A stretch of 64,000 bases of DNA, taken from the NCBI GenBank assembly GCA_965262915.1, contig OZ253564.1, positions 4,640,001-4,704,000 of the forward strand, in the 5' to 3' direction. The translations under genes and the position numbers were made by a program. The notes under the pieces are model-generated. The model worked only from the letters and a program-made list of their open reading frames with translations, was not told the origin of the DNA and did not search any database. Positions 7,704-16,896 of the stretch are shown here, one piece after another (the stretch's first letter is position 1; each line of letters starts with the position of its first letter). This DNA is from Candidatus Spongiisociaceae bacterium (lineage in GTDB: Bacteria; Actinomycetota; Acidimicrobiia; Spongiisociales; Spongiisociaceae).

Positions 7704-9754
7704 CAACGGTGACCGAGAACCAGAAGGAACCGTTCCTCATCCGGGAACTGTCCCTACTCGAGTTCGTGCGCCGAGTGCTGGCACAGGCCGAGCGCAAACG
7801 CACGCCGCTGCTCGAGAGGGTCAGGTACATCGCCATAGTCAGCGACCTCATCGACGAGATCTACCAGGTCCGGGTTGCCGGTCTCGATGAGCAGGTCGAA
7901 GCGGGGTTCCAAGCCCTGTCCGTACGCGGGGTCAGCGCCCCCGAACTGCTCGACCGGATCCGTAGCCTCGTGTCGGACATCTGCGGGCACCAGAGCAAGG
8001 TCTTCCGGGAGGAAATACAACCGGCGCTGGAGGAAGTCGGCGTCCGCATCCTGATGTGGGATTCGCTGGAAGAGGCGGACCGGACGCACCTCTACCGGGT
8101 GTTCCACGAGCAGGTGTACCCGGTGCTGACACCGCTCGCGGTCGACCCGGCACATCCCTTCCCGTACATCTCGAATCTCTCGATGAACCTGGCGATCATG
8201 GTGATGGAGCCGGAAACCGGCATGCAACGCTTCGCCCGGGTGAAGGTTCCCCCCATCCTCCCCCGGTTCATCGAACTTCCCGGTCGCAAAGGCTTCGTAC
8301 CGCTGGAGCAACTGATCTCGGCCCACCTCCACGAGTTGTTCCAAGGGATGCAGATCACCGAGTGCCATCCGTTCCGGCTCACCCGCAACACCGACTACCA
8401 GCTGGCCGAGTTCGAGACCAGCGACCTCCTCGAAGCGCTCAAGTCGGAACTGGGGCGCCGCCGCCGGGGACAGGTGATGAGGCTGGAAGTGGAGCGCGAC
8501 ATCGACCCCGACGTGCTCGACTTGCTCATGCGGGAGTTGGAGATCAAGGATCGGCACGTCTACCGGATATCCGGCCTCCTCGGCCTCGACTCGTTGACCA
8601 CCCTCGCCGACCTCGACATCCCCGAATACAAGTGGAAGCCCTTCCCGTCGGTGGTTCCGGCCCGCATTTCGGCCAAGCACGACTTCTTCGAGATGATCAG
8701 CAGGGGCGACCTCCTCGTCCACCATCCCTACGAGTCGTTCGCGGCCTCTACCGCCGAGTTCGTCCACCAGGCAGCCCACGATCCCGACGTGCTGGGCATC
8801 AAGCAGACCCTCTACCGCACCTCGCCCGACAGCGCCATCGCCCGCTCGCTGGTGACCGCCGCCGAGCTGGGCAAGCAGGTGGTGGCCCTGGTGGAGCTGA
8901 AAGCGCGCTTCGAGGAACAGCGCAACATCAAGCGGGCCCAGGCCCTGGAGGAGGCCGGCGTGCACGTCGTCTACGGGTTGGTGGGGCTCAAGACCCACGC
9001 CAAACTCTGCCTTGTGGTACGACAGGAGGACGGCAAGCTGGCCCGCTACGTGCACACCGCCACGGGCAACTACAACGAACGTACGGCCCGCCTGTACGAG
9101 GACGTAGGCCTGTTCACCAAGGATCCGCACATCGGGGCGGACGTGAGCGACCTGTTCAACCAACTCACCGGATACAGCAAGCAGAAGTCCTACCGGAAGC
9201 TGGTGGTTGCCCCGGCCGAACTCCGCTCCCACATCATCGAGATGATCCACCGTGAAGCACAACAGGAAGATGGCCACATCGTCGCCAAGCTCAACGGCCT
9301 GGTGGACGAGAAGACCATCAGGGCCATGTACGATGCCTCCCGGGCCGGGGCCCGCATCGACCTGATCGTCAGGGGCGTCTGCTGCCTGCGGCCCGGCGTA
9401 CCGAGCATGAGCGAGAACATCACCGTCCGCTCGATCGTGGGCCGCTTCCTCGAACACTCCCGGATCTTCCGGTTCGGTCGCCCCGAACGCGGCTTCCGTT
9501 ACTACATAGGATCGGCCGACCTCATGCCCCGCAACCTCGACCGGCGGGTCGAGGCGCTCTTCCCGGTGGAGGACCCGGAAGCCCAGCGCCGTCTCGAAGA
9601 GATCCTGGATCTGTGCCGGGCCGACGACCAGCTGGCCTGGGTGCTGCAGCCGGACGGCTCCTACGAACCCCGCGGGCATCACAACGACGTGGATGTCCAC
9701 CAGGCCCTCATGGACGGAGCAGTCCGACGCTCCCGGACAGCCCGAACGCGGTAG
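7697..9754 (+). CDS. ppk1: Polyphosphate kinase 1
   Basis: RELSLLEF, HPFPYISNLS, LVHHPYESF, KQTLYRT, ELKARFEE, LKTHAK and GRFLEHSR motifs. Confidence 0.97.
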   Translation: MVTTVTENQKEPFLIRELSLLEFVRRVLAQAERKRTPLLERVRYIAIVSDLIDEIYQVRVAGLDEQVEAGFQALSVRGVSAPELLDRIRSLVSDICGHQSKVFREEIQPALEEVGVRILMWDSLEEADRTHLYRVFHEQVYPVLTPLAVDPAHPFPYISNLSMNLAIMVMEPETGMQRFARVKVPPILPRFIELPGRKGFVPLEQLISAHLHELFQGMQITECHPFRLTRNTDYQLAEFETSDLLEALKSELGRRRRGQVMRLEVERDIDPDVLDLLMRELEIKDRHVYRISGLLGLDSLTTLADLDIPEYKWKPFPSVVPARISAKHDFFEMISRGDLLVHHPYESFAASTAEFVHQAAHDPDVLGIKQTLYRTSPDSAIARSLVTAAELGKQVVALVELKARFEEQRNIKRAQALEEAGVHVVYGLVGLKTHAKLCLVVRQEDGKLARYVHTATGNYNERTARLYEDVGLFTKDPHIGADVSDLFNQLTGYSKQKSYRKLVVAPAELRSHIIEMIHREAQQEDGHIVAKLNGLVDEKTIRAMYDASRAGARIDLIVRGVCCLRPGVPSMSENITVRSIVGRFLEHSRIFRFGRPERGFRYYIGSADLMPRNLDRRVEALFPVEDPEAQRRLEEILDLCRADDQLAWVLQPDGSYEPRGHHNDVDVHQALMDGAVRRSRTARTR

Positions 9755-9758
9755 TCCC

Positions 9759-10256
9759 GTGCCTGCCTTGATGCTGTTGCGGCACGCCAAGTCGGACTGG
9801 AAGGCGGACTACCTCTACGACCGGGAACGGCCTCTCAACAGGCGCGGTGTCCGGTCGGCGAGAGCCGTGGGCAGGTTCGTGGCGGACTATCGCCTGGTCC
9901 CGGACCTGGTCCTGACCTCCCCCGCGGTAAGGGCCGCCACCACCGCCGACCTGGCGGCATCGGCCGGAGGGTGGGACACCGAGATTGTGAGGGTTCCCGA
10001 GATCTACGGGGCCGACCCCGCCGACCTCCTCCACCTGGTCCGGGGCGTTGCCGGTGTGGAACGCCTGATGGTGGTCGGCCACGAACCGACCATGTCGGGA
10101 TTCCTGGGTAGCACGACCGGAAGCCACCTGCGGGTAACCACCGCCGCCCTGGCCTCGCTACGATTCACCTACGGCCGTTGGGCGGACGCTGCGTGGGGGA
10201 CCGCGGAGCTGGAACTGTTCGTCAGGCCGCGATTGCTGCTCAAGACACCCCGCTAG
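9759..10256 (+). CDS. sixA: SixA-like histidine phosphatase
   Basis: LLRHAKSDW, RPLNRRG, SPAVRA and VGHEP motifs; GTG start after ppk1. Confidence 0.85.
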   Translation: MPALMLLRHAKSDWKADYLYDRERPLNRRGVRSARAVGRFVADYRLVPDLVLTSPAVRAATTADLAASAGGWDTEIVRVPEIYGADPADLLHLVRGVAGVERLMVVGHEPTMSGFLGSTTGSHLRVTTAALASLRFTYGRWADAAWGTAELELFVRPRLLLKTPR

Positions 10257-10577
10257 CTCTCCCCCGTTGCCACGCGGTGATTGCGGGCAGCGCCCCGCGA
10301 CGGAAGTGCCTCAGGGTCGATCCCGATCGGGCTCGGCTACACCGCCCTGCAGGTCGGTCTCCGAGTGATGGGGCACCGGCACGAACACATAAGGATGCTT
10401 GCCGAGGCCGAGATAATAGAAGAGGTAAGTGGGTCGATGCCTTCAACCGCCGTCATGGACAGGTTAGATTGTCAGGAGATTCTGCGATTCCGACCAGGTT
10501 CTCGCGGACAGCCTCATAGGCAATCCGTTCCGGATTCCCGGGCGTGCGGTACGTAGTCTGAGCGGGGAAAGGCAACG

Positions 10578-12461
10578 ATGCAGCGGAAGCTCCATACCGT
10601 ACTCGACATCATGCGTGTGCCCGGCGAGGGCGACCCGCTTCGTGCCGTAAGGACCCTCGACCATGGGGCCGCGGCGAAGAGATTCGAATCGGATGTGCTC
10701 ATCGCGGGTGGTGGCCTCAGCGGCGTTGCCGCCGCCCTGGCGGCCTCGCGGCGCGGGCACTCGGTGTGCCTGCTCGAAGAGACGGATTGGTTGGGGGGTC
10801 AGGCGACCTCACAAGGCGTCTCGGCTTTGGACGAGCACCCCGACATCGAAGCCTTCGGCGGAACGCGAAGCTATTACCACCTCCGGGAGAGTATCCGGGA
10901 TCGGTACCGATCCTTGGCATCCGAACGCAGCGCGGCAGAGCCTTTCAATCCCGGCCGATGCTGGGTGAGCGGAATCGCCTTCGAGCCGATCGTAGCTATC
11001 AGAGCCCTGGAGGAAATGTTACGACCGGCAATAGCCTCGGCAACCCTCCGGGTATTCCTCCGAACCAAAGTGGTCGCCGCTGACGTTCACGACGACCGGC
11101 TGCAGACCATTCGGGCAGTGAATCTCGATGATGGTACGGCTCTGGAGTTCGAGTTCACATACGTGATCGACGCCACCGAACTCGGGGACCTCCTACCGCT
11201 CTCCGGAGCCGAGTACGTTCTGGGCGCCGAGACGATCGCTGATACAGGTGAACCGAGCGCTCAGCCGGAAGAGCCCCGCCCACACTGCATCCAGAGCTGC
11301 ACCTACACGTTCGCCTTGGAACGCAGGCCCGAGCATGAACACCACGTCATCGCAAGACCCACCAAGTACGAGCACTACAGGGACAACCAGCCCTACGACC
11401 TCCGAATCGAGGTACACGGCGGAGAGATCTACGGCGAGGAATCCGGTTGGTTACATTACGCGATGTTCGACACGATGGACGGCACCAAAGGCGGACTCTG
11501 GCACTACCGCCGCTTGGTGGATGCCGCCAGGTTCCGCGGCCACTACGACTACGACATCACCATGTTCAACTGGCCCGGCATCGATTACCGAGATGAGCCT
11601 CTGGTCGACAAAACCCCGGAGGATCTTGCCTTCGCACTGCAGGATGCCAAGCGCGTGAGCTTGGGGTTCCTCCATTGGCTACAAACGGAAGTTCCCGATC
11701 CGTTCGGTGCCAACGGCTTTCCGTATCTCAAGCTGCGCCCTGACGTGATGGGTACGACCGATGGTCTCTCGAAGCACCCGTACATCCGGGAGGGCCGACG
11801 CATCCTGCCGGTGAAACGCATCGTGGAACACGACGTGGCCGTGGCGCATCAGGCAGGTCCGCGTGCCCGGCACTGTGAGGACTCCGTCGGTGTCGGCTGG
11901 TATCCCATCGACATTCACCAGGCAGGCGAGGGGGACGTTGGAGTCAGTACCCGGACCAAGCCGTTCCAGATACCGATGGGAGCTCTGATACCGGTACGCC
12001 TTCAGAATCTCGTGGCCGCGAGCAAGAACATCGGCACCACCCATATCACCAACGGCTGTTACCGCCTACACCCCGTCGAGTGGAATATCGGAGAGGCTGC
12101 CGGGACCCTGGTGAGCTGCGGGCTCCGGACAGGAGCATCGCCGCAGATGATCCACAGCGACCCCGGTTTGAGGCGTAGCGTTCAAACCGCGCTGCTCGAT
12201 GATGGTATCCCATTGGCCTGGACGGTCGATGTCCCCGTGTCAGACCCGAGTTTTTCTGCGGTGCAGCGGTTGGTCATGGCAGGCGGATACGGTGGGTATG
12301 ACGGGATGCTGGAGTTCGGGGCCACCGATCCCGTCAACAGCAGAGAGCGCAGACATTGGCTCACCGCTATGGGCGGTTCCCACATCGCAGATCCGTATGC
12401 AACAGGAATGGTTACGAGGGCGGCGTTCGCCGAGGCGCTGGCACGGGCGGGGCATATATAG
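10578..12461 (+). CDS. FAD-dependent oxidoreductase (PF12831-type)
   Basis: DVLIAGGGLSGVAAA, LLEETDWLGGQATSQGV, IDATELGDL, PYIREGRR, YPIDIH and NGCYRLHPVEWNIGEAAG. Confidence 0.88.
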   Translation: MQRKLHTVLDIMRVPGEGDPLRAVRTLDHGAAAKRFESDVLIAGGGLSGVAAALAASRRGHSVCLLEETDWLGGQATSQGVSALDEHPDIEAFGGTRSYYHLRESIRDRYRSLASERSAAEPFNPGRCWVSGIAFEPIVAIRALEEMLRPAIASATLRVFLRTKVVAADVHDDRLQTIRAVNLDDGTALEFEFTYVIDATELGDLLPLSGAEYVLGAETIADTGEPSAQPEEPRPHCIQSCTYTFALERRPEHEHHVIARPTKYEHYRDNQPYDLRIEVHGGEIYGEESGWLHYAMFDTMDGTKGGLWHYRRLVDAARFRGHYDYDITMFNWPGIDYRDEPLVDKTPEDLAFALQDAKRVSLGFLHWLQTEVPDPFGANGFPYLKLRPDVMGTTDGLSKHPYIREGRRILPVKRIVEHDVAVAHQAGPRARHCEDSVGVGWYPIDIHQAGEGDVGVSTRTKPFQIPMGALIPVRLQNLVAASKNIGTTHITNGCYRLHPVEWNIGEAAGTLVSCGLRTGASPQMIHSDPGLRRSVQTALLDDGIPLAWTVDVPVSDPSFSAVQRLVMAGGYGGYDGMLEFGATDPVNSRERRHWLTAMGGSHIADPYATGMVTRAAFAEALARAGHI

Positions 12462-12475
12462 AGCTAGCGAATAGG

Positions 12476-12503
12476 CGACCACCGACCACCGACCACCGAC
12501 CAC
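12476..12503 (+). repeat. Heptamer tandem repeat (CGACCAC)x4
   Basis: Read directly from the intergenic sequence. Confidence 0.9.
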
Positions 12504-12564
12504 CTTGAATGCCCGATCGGCCCTAGGGTACGGTAACCTCGGTTCCAGCAAGCGGATTGCCGAC

Positions 12565-14400
12565 ATGAACACTCCTCACACCCCCCTCCTAGACCGGATC
12601 GAAGGACCCGAGAACCTCAGGCGGTTGGACAGCCGAGATCTGTCACGCCTCGTAGCCGAGATCCGGCAGGTGATCGTGGCAACCGTCAACCGCAACGGGG
12701 GTCACCTGGGGTCGAACCTGGGAATCGTGGAGTTGACCATCACCCTGCATCGTGTGTTCGAGTCTCCGCACGATGTCATCCTCTTCGACACGGGCCACCA
12801 GGCCTACCCGCACAAGCTGCTCACCGGTCGCCGCCGGGCCTTCGACAGCCTGCGGCGCCCAGGGGGAATGTCCGGTTACCCCAGCCGGGGGGAGTCGGCC
12901 CACGACTGGATCGAGAACAGCCACGCCTCGACTGCCCTGTCCTACGCCCACGGACTGGCCACGGCCTTCAGGACCACAGGAGAGGACCGCCATGTGGTGG
13001 CAGTGGTGGGCGACGGTTCGCTGACCGGGGGCATGGCCATGGAGGGTCTGAACAACCTGGGCCACTCGAACAGCAAAGTCACGATCATCCTCAACGACAA
13101 CGGCCGGTCCTACGCGCCCACCATCTCCAAGCTGTCCGAGAGCCTCATCAAGCTCAGGGCCAGCCCCGTGTACATGAGACGCCAGGAGCGAATCGAGGAG
13201 ATCGCGGAGTCGGTCCCCTGGGTAGGCGACATGCTGCGGCGCGGCATCGACGCCACCAAGATGGCCATCCGCCACATGTGGGATCCGCCCGCCATATTCG
13301 AGCAACTCGGTATCCACTACGTAGGGCCCTACAACGGCCACGAGATCGGCCAACTCGAAAAGGTGCTCAAGAAGGTGAAGCTGTTCGACGGACCGACCGT
13401 GGTCCATGTCATCACCCAGAAGGGCCGCGGCTACCGGCCCGCGGAGCGAGACCCCATCAAGAACATGCACGACCTCTCATCGATCAAGCAGGGCAGCTAC
13501 ACGGCCGCTTTCGCCGAGCATCTGGTGGAACTGGGCAACCGCCACCCCGAGTTGGTGGCGGTCACCGCCGCCATGCCCGACTCGACCGGGATGCTTCCGT
13601 TCATCGACCGGTTCCCCGGGCGGGCATTCGACGTGGGAATCGCCGAACAGCACGCCGTGACCATGGCCACGGGGATGGTGATGGGGGGCCTGAGGCCGGT
13701 GGTGGCCATCTACTCCACCTTCCTGACCAGGGCGCTGGACCAGATCAACCTGGATGTGGCCCTTCACGGCTGCCCGGTGGTGTTCTGCATCGACCGGGCC
13801 GGGATCACAGGTGACGACGGAGCATCGCACCACGGAACCCTGGACATGGTCCTGCTGTCGAAGATCCCGGGTATGACCATCTTCGCCCCGTCCTCGTACG
13901 AGGAACTCCCCGTGATGCTCGACACGGCTCTCGGCATCACCTACGGACCCACCGCCATCCGCTGGCCCAAGACCCCCGCACCGCGGGTGTCGCCGGGCGA
14001 GGTGGGATCGGGGCTGTCGGCCCGCCGCGACCGCGAAGGCACCGATGTATGCCTCATAGGGATCGGAAAGATGTTCCCGGTCGCTTGCGAGGCGGCCGAT
14101 CTGCTGGCGGGTGAGGGAGTCAGTTGCTCGGTTTGGGATCCCCGAGTGGTGAAGCCACTGGACCCGATCATGATCGGGGACGCGATCCGCCACGATCTGG
14201 TGGTGACCATCGAGGACGGTCTCCGGCAAGGAGGCATCGGCCAGGCGATCCGCGACCAGGTGTCCGCGTCCAACTCCACCCCTGTGGTCGTGATGGGTAT
14301 CCCCACCGTCCATATCCCGCACGGCAAGGTGGGCGAGATCCTGTCCGACTACGGTCTCGATGCGGCCGGCGTCAGATTGACGGTCCAGAAGTACCTGTAG
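12565..14400 (+). CDS. dxs: 1-deoxy-D-xylulose-5-phosphate synthase
   Basis: GGHLGSNLGIVEL, FDTGHQAYPHKLLTGR, VGDGSLTGGMA, ILNDN, DVGIAEQHA and DGASHHG. Confidence 0.97.
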   Translation: MNTPHTPLLDRIEGPENLRRLDSRDLSRLVAEIRQVIVATVNRNGGHLGSNLGIVELTITLHRVFESPHDVILFDTGHQAYPHKLLTGRRRAFDSLRRPGGMSGYPSRGESAHDWIENSHASTALSYAHGLATAFRTTGEDRHVVAVVGDGSLTGGMAMEGLNNLGHSNSKVTIILNDNGRSYAPTISKLSESLIKLRASPVYMRRQERIEEIAESVPWVGDMLRRGIDATKMAIRHMWDPPAIFEQLGIHYVGPYNGHEIGQLEKVLKKVKLFDGPTVVHVITQKGRGYRPAERDPIKNMHDLSSIKQGSYTAAFAEHLVELGNRHPELVAVTAAMPDSTGMLPFIDRFPGRAFDVGIAEQHAVTMATGMVMGGLRPVVAIYSTFLTRALDQINLDVALHGCPVVFCIDRAGITGDDGASHHGTLDMVLLSKIPGMTIFAPSSYEELPVMLDTALGITYGPTAIRWPKTPAPRVSPGEVGSGLSARRDREGTDVCLIGIGKMFPVACEAADLLAGEGVSCSVWDPRVVKPLDPIMIGDAIRHDLVVTIEDGLRQGGIGQAIRDQVSASNSTPVVVMGIPTVHIPHGKVGEILSDYGLDAAGVRLTVQKYL

Positions 14401-15366
14401 GAGTGTGGTAAGAAAACGATGATAGTGGTTGGCCCGTCGTCCGCTGACGTGGAAGCCTGTCATCGACCTCGGTGGTCGCCGTGTTGTCGTCGCGTGAGGT
14501 GGGCGAGTTTGCGTTCGACTTTGGGGCGGGTGGTCCGGTAGTCGTTTTGCCAGGAGCGGGTTTTCTGCCGTTTTCTGGCGTTGGTGAGCACGGCTTCGTG
14601 TTTGCCTACTCTGATGGTTCTGCCTCCGGTGGCGTCGGTGCATTTGTTTCGCAGTTCGCAGTTGGTGCAGGCCCGTCCGAAGTGGGCGACGCCTGTGCCG
14701 TCTTGGTGGGTGCTGATCGTGACGGTCACTCCCCTGGGGCAGGTGACCGCACCGGCTTGGAGGTCGATCTTCAAGCGGTCTTTGGTGTAGCGGCCCTTGG
14801 GTGCTGTGGGCGCGGCGCTGCGGCATCCCGAGTTGATGCTGTGGTCGGTGAGGAGTTGTTGGAACTCGCCTCCGCCGTAAGCGCGGTCACCGTACACTGT
14901 TGGCCTTCCCGGATACTCCTCGATGCCGGTCTCAACACCGTCCCCGCTGGTGGGGATCTTGTCCAGCAGGTCGGCGATGAGTGGGTGAACCGTACGGTTC
15001 ACCCCGCGTAGTTCCAACGTATATCAAACTCGAATGCTGCCACCGCCTCCCGATCAGACAACCCGAACCAAAGCTGTAACACCATCACCGTCGCCACAAT
15101 CCGGGGCGGCACACTCCGCCGCCCCACCCCCGCGAACAAATCCGAAAGAATCTCATCGGCAAACAGCCGGTCACGCGTCCGCGACAAAACCCGAAGAAAC
15201 AGAATCATCAGTCGCCCGCTCACCCACAAACTCTGTACCCTAAACAATCACCCTGCGCTGGTGTCACACCCAAAGACACAACCCCCAAATCACAAACCCA
15301 CACACATGTAACCCACCACCCGACCAAACCACACCCCCACCCCCGCGAAAAACACCAGCCTCCTAG
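14398..15366 (-). mobile_element. Degenerate, internally deleted IS1182-family element (transposase pseudogene)
   Basis: N-terminal DUF772-like piece (GRRSVPPRIVATVMVLQ...LSDREAV...FDIRW, 14999-15247) and C-terminal DDE_Tnp_1_6-like piece (VYGDRAYG, TCPRG, CTNCELRNKCT, RPKVERKLAHL, 14460-14980). Ends CTAGGAGGCTGG and TAGGAGTGTGG. Confidence 0.88.
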
Positions 15367-15475
15367 GCGAGTGCTGCAACAGTGACGGCTGACAAGACCG
15401 CCGGCTACCATCAGGCTCCCCTAGACTTGCCCGGAAGCGACCGATTCCGTCCTCGGGAGGAGGCTGCAAAACGAC

Positions 15476-15515
15476 GCTTGATGCTTGCCCCTTTGGCTTG
15501 ATGCTTGCGCCTTTG
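15476..15515 (+). repeat. Two tandem 20-bp direct repeats upstream of the aap operon
   Basis: GCTTGATGCTTGCCCCTTTG GCTTGATGCTTGCGCCTTTG. Confidence 0.8.
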
Positions 15516-15643
15516 GTCGCCGACCAAGTTTTCTCGGTGATAGTCGAATAGGGCAGTGGGTGGATTGCCCGAGCTACCCGTCGGCGGAACGCTAAAACGT
15601 CCCGACTGCGAAACATTTTCCTGCTAAGAGAAAGGGTTCATTC

Positions 15644-16789
15644 GTGACCAGAAGATACGCCCTCTTGTTCCTCACGCTGGTGCTGGTGGTCAGCGCCTGC
15701 GGGGGAGCAGATGAGGAACCGACTGCCGCCACCGAAACCACGGAGGCGTCCACCACCCAAGCGGCCGCGGAGCCGACGACGACGGAAGTTGTGGTGGACG
15801 TGGTCCAGGGCCGCACCCTCGAAGAAGTTCAGGCCCGTGGCTCTCTGCGTTGTGGTGTTTCGACCAGCGCTATCGGTTTCGCCGAACCACAGGACGACGG
15901 TTCCTTCAAGGGATTCGACGCCGACTACTGCCGGGCCGTGGCCGCGGCGGTGCTCGGTGATGCCAACGCGGTGGAGTTCGTCGGTACCACAGCCGCCGAG
16001 CGCTTCAACGTGCTGGCCGCCGGTGAGATCGATGTGCTGTTCCGTAACACCACCTGGACGCAGAGCCGGGACACCGAGATCGGAGGCGACTTCGGACCCA
16101 CCACGTTCTACGACGGTCAGCAGATCATGGGTAAGGCCGAGTTCGGCTTCGACCATGCTTCTTCTCTGGCCGACGTGGACGGGGCCCGTCTCTGTACCAA
16201 CGCCGGAACCACCACCGAGAAGAACATCACCGAGGGCGCCCGCGTGGTTGGCGCGGAGATCGAGCTCGTGACCGTCGAGAACTTCCCGGAGGCCATGGAG
16301 TTGTTCCGCGAGGGCTCCTGCGACCTGGTTACCACCGATGGTTCGGCACTGTTCGGTAATCGCTATTCCAGCATCCAGAACGGTGAGATCGCGGAGGGAG
16401 ATTGGATCATCTTCCCCACCACGCCGATCTCGAAGGAGCCGCTCGGACCCATGTACCGGCAGAACGACAGCCAATGGGCTGACGTGATCAACTGGTTGGT
16501 GTACGCGCTGATAATCGCCGACGAGAAGGGCATAACCTCGGCCAACATCGACGAAATGGTGGCCAACCCGGTTGACCCGGAGGCCGGCCGCCTGCTCGGT
16601 GTGGGCGAGGACGAACTGCAGACCAAGATGGGTCTCCCCGCCGACGCCTTTGCCCAAGCCATCCGGCAGGTCGGTAACTACGACGAGATCTACGTCAACA
16701 ACCTGCACCCGCTCGGCTTTGCCCGAGCCGGCTCGGCCAATGCCCGGTGGACAGAGGGCGGCCTGATCTACTCGCCCCCGGCCCGTTGA
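15644..16789 (+). CDS. aapJ: Amino-acid ABC transporter substrate-binding lipoprotein (AapJ/BztA-like)
   Basis: Lipobox VSAC, GFDADYCRAVAAAVLGD, RNTTWT, FYDGQ, ISKEPLGP and GLIYSPP. Confidence 0.9.
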   Translation: MTRRYALLFLTLVLVVSACGGADEEPTAATETTEASTTQAAAEPTTTEVVVDVVQGRTLEEVQARGSLRCGVSTSAIGFAEPQDDGSFKGFDADYCRAVAAAVLGDANAVEFVGTTAAERFNVLAAGEIDVLFRNTTWTQSRDTEIGGDFGPTTFYDGQQIMGKAEFGFDHASSLADVDGARLCTNAGTTTEKNITEGARVVGAEIELVTVENFPEAMELFREGSCDLVTTDGSALFGNRYSSIQNGEIAEGDWIIFPTTPISKEPLGPMYRQNDSQWADVINWLVYALIIADEKGITSANIDEMVANPVDPEAGRLLGVGEDELQTKMGLPADAFAQAIRQVGNYDEIYVNNLHPLGFARAGSANARWTEGGLIYSPPAR

Positions 16790-16817
16790 TCCGGTCCCGA
16801 CTAATCACCCCGAAATT

Positions 16818-16848
16818 GGGAGGGGGCACCGTTCAGGTGCCCCCTCCC
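16818..16848 (+). terminator. Strong hairpin after aapJ (terminator or mRNA stabiliser)
   Basis: GGGAGGGGGCACC-GTTCA-GGTGCCCCCTCCC. Confidence 0.65.
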
Positions 16849-16896
16849 CGCGTCGCTGGTTGGTATGGTCTAGGCACCAACTAGACGGACGGTCAA

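Noticed and set aside
7754-9790. Long antisense ORFs (also 31618-32928, 35663-37522, 43831-45462, 48308-49783, 62090-63496)
   Set aside because: Shadow frames of well-identified high-GC genes, with no recognisable motifs.
10281-10556. Small CDS upstream of the FAD oxidoreductase
   Set aside because: No clear start or family motif; at best a fragment of a membrane-protein C-terminus.
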